A DNA stretch of 64,000 bases from contig JAKMXF010000221.1 of NCBI GenBank assembly GCA_024704765.1, positions 635,763 through 699,762 of the forward strand. The letters are read 5' to 3'. Under the pieces are notes generated by a model that saw only the letters and a list, made by a program, of their open reading frames with translations, did not search any database and was not told where the DNA came from. The stretch comes from Oopsacas minuta (Eukaryota > Animalia > Porifera). Below, one piece after another: positions 59,178 through 64,000 of the stretch. A program made the translations under genes and the position numbers. Each line of letters starts with the position of its first letter. Position 1 is the stretch's first letter.

Positions 59178-61968
59178 ATGGGCGGGAAATCTTCTAAGAC
59201 AGCTGATCAGGGACTGGTACCTAAAGATGGATCTGACGAGGTGGAAATACCAGCAAGGAAGCAAGGTTACTAAAAATAGAATTATAGAATTATAACTTAC
59301 TTATTATTATTATTATTCTATTTATAGTAACACAAGGACAGATAGATGAATTAATGCACAAATTCGGTCTGTTAGAACAGCTGATGCTCAGAGATAAATC
59401 TCAACTTACTTCTCTTGAGACTTCTGTAAAAGAATACCAGCAGGAAAAACAACAACTGAGACAGTCATTCGTTGAAATCGATTCTGAGGTAATTAGGTGA
59501 CAAAATACACAGGGTGTGTGGAGTGGAGGATAGGTGACGAAATGTGATTATAAGTGCGTGTAGGTTAAGAAACAGAAGGAAGACAGGGTGATGAGTGAGA
59601 GTAGTATAGCTGACCAGCTGGAAGAGAGGACTAGACAGAAATATCAGCTGTTAGATCAGATGCTAAACTCTCAGAAACAGAGAATCGATCAGCTGATCAG
59701 AGAGCAAGAAGATAACTCTAATAAACTAAAGAATGAGTATGGACAGCTGGATCAGAGACTCACCACCTCTCTCAAGGTGCTAGTTCCAATTGGAACCATT
59801 ATTATTAGAAATACTAGCAATGAATGATCCGCATTATTTGTAACATTCCATTCAACACAATATTTTAATTATAGGCGGAGCGTAATGAAGTAGAGAAATT
59901 GGTAGAGGCTAGAATACATGAGGGAGGGAAGGACAATGATTTAGAGAAGAGAGTATCACAGCTGATCGACCAGAATTCTTTGTCCGTAACTACGGTACAG
60001 CAGCAGCTGGAAGATAGGAAAAGAGAGACAGAGGTAAATGACGTCATAATATTGTAGTATTATTTGCTCGTATATTAGTCGTAACTTGTAGGAAGTAAGG
60101 GAATCTATCAAGAAAGAGAAAGATGCTCTCTTAGAAGAAATTGCTAGAGTACAAAAAGTTATTCTTGAAAATAGAGAGGTTAGCATTCCCATTGTGTATC
60201 TTCGTTGCTATGGTAATTACTAATAATAATAATAGGGGAATGAAACAAAGAATCTGTCAGAACAGCTGAGCGCAACTAAACAGGAACTGGAAGTAAGACT
60301 GAGCGAGGAGGAGAAGGCAAGGAATAATTTGGAACTTATTTTGAAAACTATGTTAGACAATAAAGTTTCTGAAAACCAAAAAGAATTATTTGAAAAGATT
60401 AAAATTCAGGAAGAAACTATTCAAGCTCAATTGCTTAGGATGGAACAGCTGAGAGATAGTGTGGATAAGAAAGTACAGGTAAACAACAACAAATATGTAA
60501 ACAAACAATAATATAAAGGCTGTCGCTCATATGAACACGTATTATAAGTACAGATTTTGTTACTACTAACAATAATACATTTCCTGGTAGGATGAGAGGA
60601 ATGATGTCCTCGAGAGCGTAGACGCTAAAATATCAGAAATTAACGTTAATTACAAGCAACAGCTGACTGCTAAAGAAAAGGAAAAAACTGAAATAACTCG
60701 GAAACTTTCTGAAGATTTTGAAACAAAACTAAAACAGGTTCGTATGAATTTATATAGCATTCCATTCCCCATGCAGTGTTGCTACTGTTTGTGTGTAGAT
60801 ACAAACAAGTTTCAGTCAGGATATACAGATACAGAAATCTAAAACTGAGTCTATTATGGAAGATTCTGATAGCGATAAGAAGACTGTTCAGCAGAAGCTA
60901 GATGCGTTAGAAGAGGATATGATTATGAAACTACAGGTAATTATCCATAGTTCTAGTTACATATTACACTAGTTTATTGGTCTTGATTATTAGGACGCTC
61001 AAAAGGAAAGTAGAGCTCATTTGGATACAAACCTATCCATAGTTCGAGCAGAAGTACAATCTATTACTAAATCAACCAATGAATCTCTCCAGCAGTCTAC
61101 AGAGATGACTGGCATAAATGATCAGCTGAACGAAGTGAAAACTCAGTTTAAAAATCTAGAAAATTCTCAAACTTCAGTTAAAGACGAAATAGAAATAATT
61201 CAGAATAAATTTGAAAATGAAATTGACGCTAAAATACAACTAATCATCGAGGTAACTTATGAGTAACAGTTGTCCCCTTGAAGTATCCTCCCTTGGTTAT
61301 AAGGTGTTATAATCTAATTAACTATATTAATTACAGGCTAAACTATCAGCTGTTAGTTCAGAGCTGACCGATAAGATTTCTGCGAATGAAACATCCTGTA
61401 CTCAACTCTCAGAGAAGTTAGATTCTATCGCTACATCACATGACCCGCCACAAGACTCTAACTTCATGGAACATATGCAAAAGACAAGTTAGATATTATT
61501 TTCAAATATTATTGTAATTGTTTATTAATATTTGTTGTTGTTTAGATGAGGATATGGGATTGATATTAGATAGAATGGAGGAAAGACATTCTCAGTTCCA
61601 ATTTGTTTCTAAAGAAGTTACTGCAATGGATTTAGTGAACAAGCAGAGTCAAGCAAGGATAATGCATAATGAAGAACAGCTGCAAACTGCCCAATCAGAT
61701 CTCCTAATAGTGAAGGCAGATAACAGGGCTCTATCTGAGAAGCTACAGGTTAGAATTCTTCTCACTTTATATTTGATAGATTATTCAGTTACATTTATTT
61801 CGCTTATAAGAACGCCCTTGAGAGTAGCAAATATGTTCTTATAACCGGTATGAATAATACAAGAGTATATAAGGACAGTTTTCCAGAGGATGGTTCTTAT
61901 AAGCAATACCAGTGTAGCCAATAACGTACATATACATTTACTTACAGAGAGGTTATCATTCTAGTTAG
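59178..61968 (+). CDS. Multi-exon long coiled-coil protein with an N-myristoylation motif; last exon tentative
   Basis: ATG at 59178 gives MGGKSSKTADQG; about 12 E/K/Q/L-rich exons with canonical GT-AG ends; a possible final exon RGYHSS* at 61948..61968. Confidence 0.7.
61792..61914. mobile_element. MITE family 1, full-length copy (~123 bp) with TA target-site duplication
   Basis: Left end TA-CATTTATTTCGCTTATAAGAAC, right end GTTCTTATAAGCAATACCAGTG-TA. Confidence 0.75.
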
Positions 61969-63391
61969 CTAGCCCTCTATTAATATTTGTTAATACTGTA
62001 TTTATAAATATGTGTACAATCGTATAGTGTACCTTTGTGGGTTGTACATTAAATTCAAATCTCTAATTGGTTGCAATAATTTAGCACAAATACTTCAATT
62101 TTTGTTTTGTTCATTTGTGTTACAATCACGTTTCTGACCTACGAATTGTCAGTCCATACTATGAATAATAATAATAATAGTACTTTGTTATTGGGGACAC
62201 ATTTATGAACGTTAATTCAGTACATTTCCTGTGTGATATATCAATTTACAAATTCTAGAATATACCTGGCACAATAGTGATATATATCCTAATTTTAGAA
62301 ACTTAACCAATACGAACTTATTCACATGATTGTTTTAGTAGCCTAGCAACCATTTGACATATAAACTATGTAACCTATGGAGCATGTGGCTGATTTAATT
62401 GACGTTATGACCCATTTAACATTCTTTCACTCTAGCATAGTTACAACTATGCTGAATATAATATATCACAAATATGATACTTTCAATTAGAATTTACAGA
62501 TATTTATTTTTTGATAAAATATAATTTTTGATATCTCTTGGCATCTTTGTATATTTCATGTGACTTTCAATTGACACCTCACGCATTACGATCTGAAATA
62601 CTTGTAACCTAGCAACAAGGTTTGTAAAATGATATGCATTCTTTCGCGAATTCTACAATAATGATAGCTTCTTGCAGTATACTTTCAATAGATTGTACAG
62701 ATTCTAAGATTATATTAGATTTGTCTCTAAGCGGGTTATATCTTAAATATCTCCTTATAGTACATATATTGATGGGGCATAGCTAATGCCTGTAATGGTA
62801 TCTAACGTCACTAATTATTATTTATTTATAACTTTATGACCTTATATAGGTTATTAGGCGCTTAATTCTAGCCCAAATATGGTCCGCCAGATTTGGCACT
62901 TCACTGACGAACTTTTTCTGCTAATTTATTTTGTAATATTTTCTTTCAATAAATTTTCTAAATTCCGAAATAATTCATGAAATATTATATTTTAAGTTTC
63001 CACTATTACTGCCATATATGGTAATAAACATGAATCTCTAGAAGTTGATTTTGTCCCTCACAGATATCTATAATTAGAACAGACTAATGTACTTTAAGTT
63101 CGTGCAAATCATGCTAGTAGCATCTGCCTGTATGATCTAATATTATCAAGTGATAGCAGATAATCATGAGTGGCGTAGCACTGCTTCAAAAAGTGGTCCG
63201 GCTAGAAATAGAAACAAACCTGGGTTCTACTTCGAAAATGGAAGTATGTACCGATTAACAAGGGTAGAAAACTATTTCTATATTTTGGATACAATGGTGC
63301 GAAGAAATAATTCATCAAAACAAGAAAAGTCATGCTCCGGCTCTCAACCGGACAGCCGGACCTACTCCTACGCGTATGATCATTGACTCCC

Positions 63392-64000
63392 CTCTAATGG
63401 GTATAGCCCTGACCCCCTGGTGCTACATGTAATTATCAGATTATTATTTTATGTGTACTCTAATGGGTATAGCCCTGACCCCCTGGTGCTACATGTAATT
63501 ATCAGATTATTATTTATGTGTACTCTAATGGGTATAGCCCTGTCCCCCTGGTGCTACATGTAATTATCAGATTATTATTTATGTGTACTCTAATGGGTAT
63601 AGCCCTGTCCCCCTGGTGCTACGTGTAATTATCAGATTATTATTTATGTGTACTCTAATGGGTATAGCCCTGTCCCCCTGGTGCTACGTGTAATTATCAG
63701 ATTATTATTTATGTGTACTCTAATGGGTATAGCCCTGTCCCCCTGGTGCTACGTGTAATTATCAGATTATTATTATTATTATTTGTGTGTACTCTAATGG
63801 GTATAGCCCTGTCCCCCTGGTGCTACGTGTAATTATCAGATTATTATTATTATTATTTGTGTGTACTCTAATGGGTATAGCCCTGTCCCCCTGGTGCTAC
63901 ATGTAATTATCAGATTATTATTATTATTATTTGTGTGTACTCTAATGGGTATAGCCCTGTCCCCCTGGTGCTACGTGTAATTATCAGATTATTATTATTA
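63392..64000 (+). repeat. Minisatellite with 65-73-bp units (~9 copies, runs off the right edge) and an internal variable (ATT)n
   Basis: Unit CTCTAATGGGTATAGCCCTG(A/T)CCCCCTGGTGCTAC(A/G)TGTAATTATCAG(ATT)nT(A/G)TGTGTA. Confidence 0.95.

Overview
AT-rich, gene-dense eukaryotic (animal) DNA with ~50-60 bp GT-AG introns and many intronless genes. The gene set (Ig-TIR receptor, bHLH-PAS, Maf-like bZIPs, PLXDC, IGFBP-domain protein) and compactness suggest an early-branching metazoan such as a glass sponge; this is inference, not checked. Manual splicing joins many short ORF-track fragments into about 22 genes: N4BP2-like (runs off the left edge) plus a short near-identical duplicate, TMEM165, a divergent actin, a bHLH-PAS factor, a PTP-fold pseudophosphatase, a two-domain glycosyltransferase nested in its intron, PLXDC, PAQR, three ADAP/centaurin-alpha paralogs, ABHD4/5, a PH adaptor, an IGFBP+VWC-like secreted protein, two Maf-like bZIPs (one nested in a synaptojanin intron), an Ig-TIR receptor, RNase T2, synaptojanin, TM9SF2 and a myristoylation-motif coiled-coil protein. 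There are also MITEs, a transposase relic and tandem repeats. Highlights: (1) an ADAP trio in which two copies replaced the catalytic arginine finger with an acidic residue and two share a 449-bp near-identical inverted tract; (2) antisense genes nested in the rare long introns, including an apparently fused two-domain glycosyltransferase; (3) an actin with substitutions at Gln137 and His73; (4) an RNase T2 with a GPI/TM-like tail beside an Ig-TIR receptor; (5) a recurrent ~24-bp non-coding motif. No prokaryotic features, rRNA, tRNA or CRISPR were seen.
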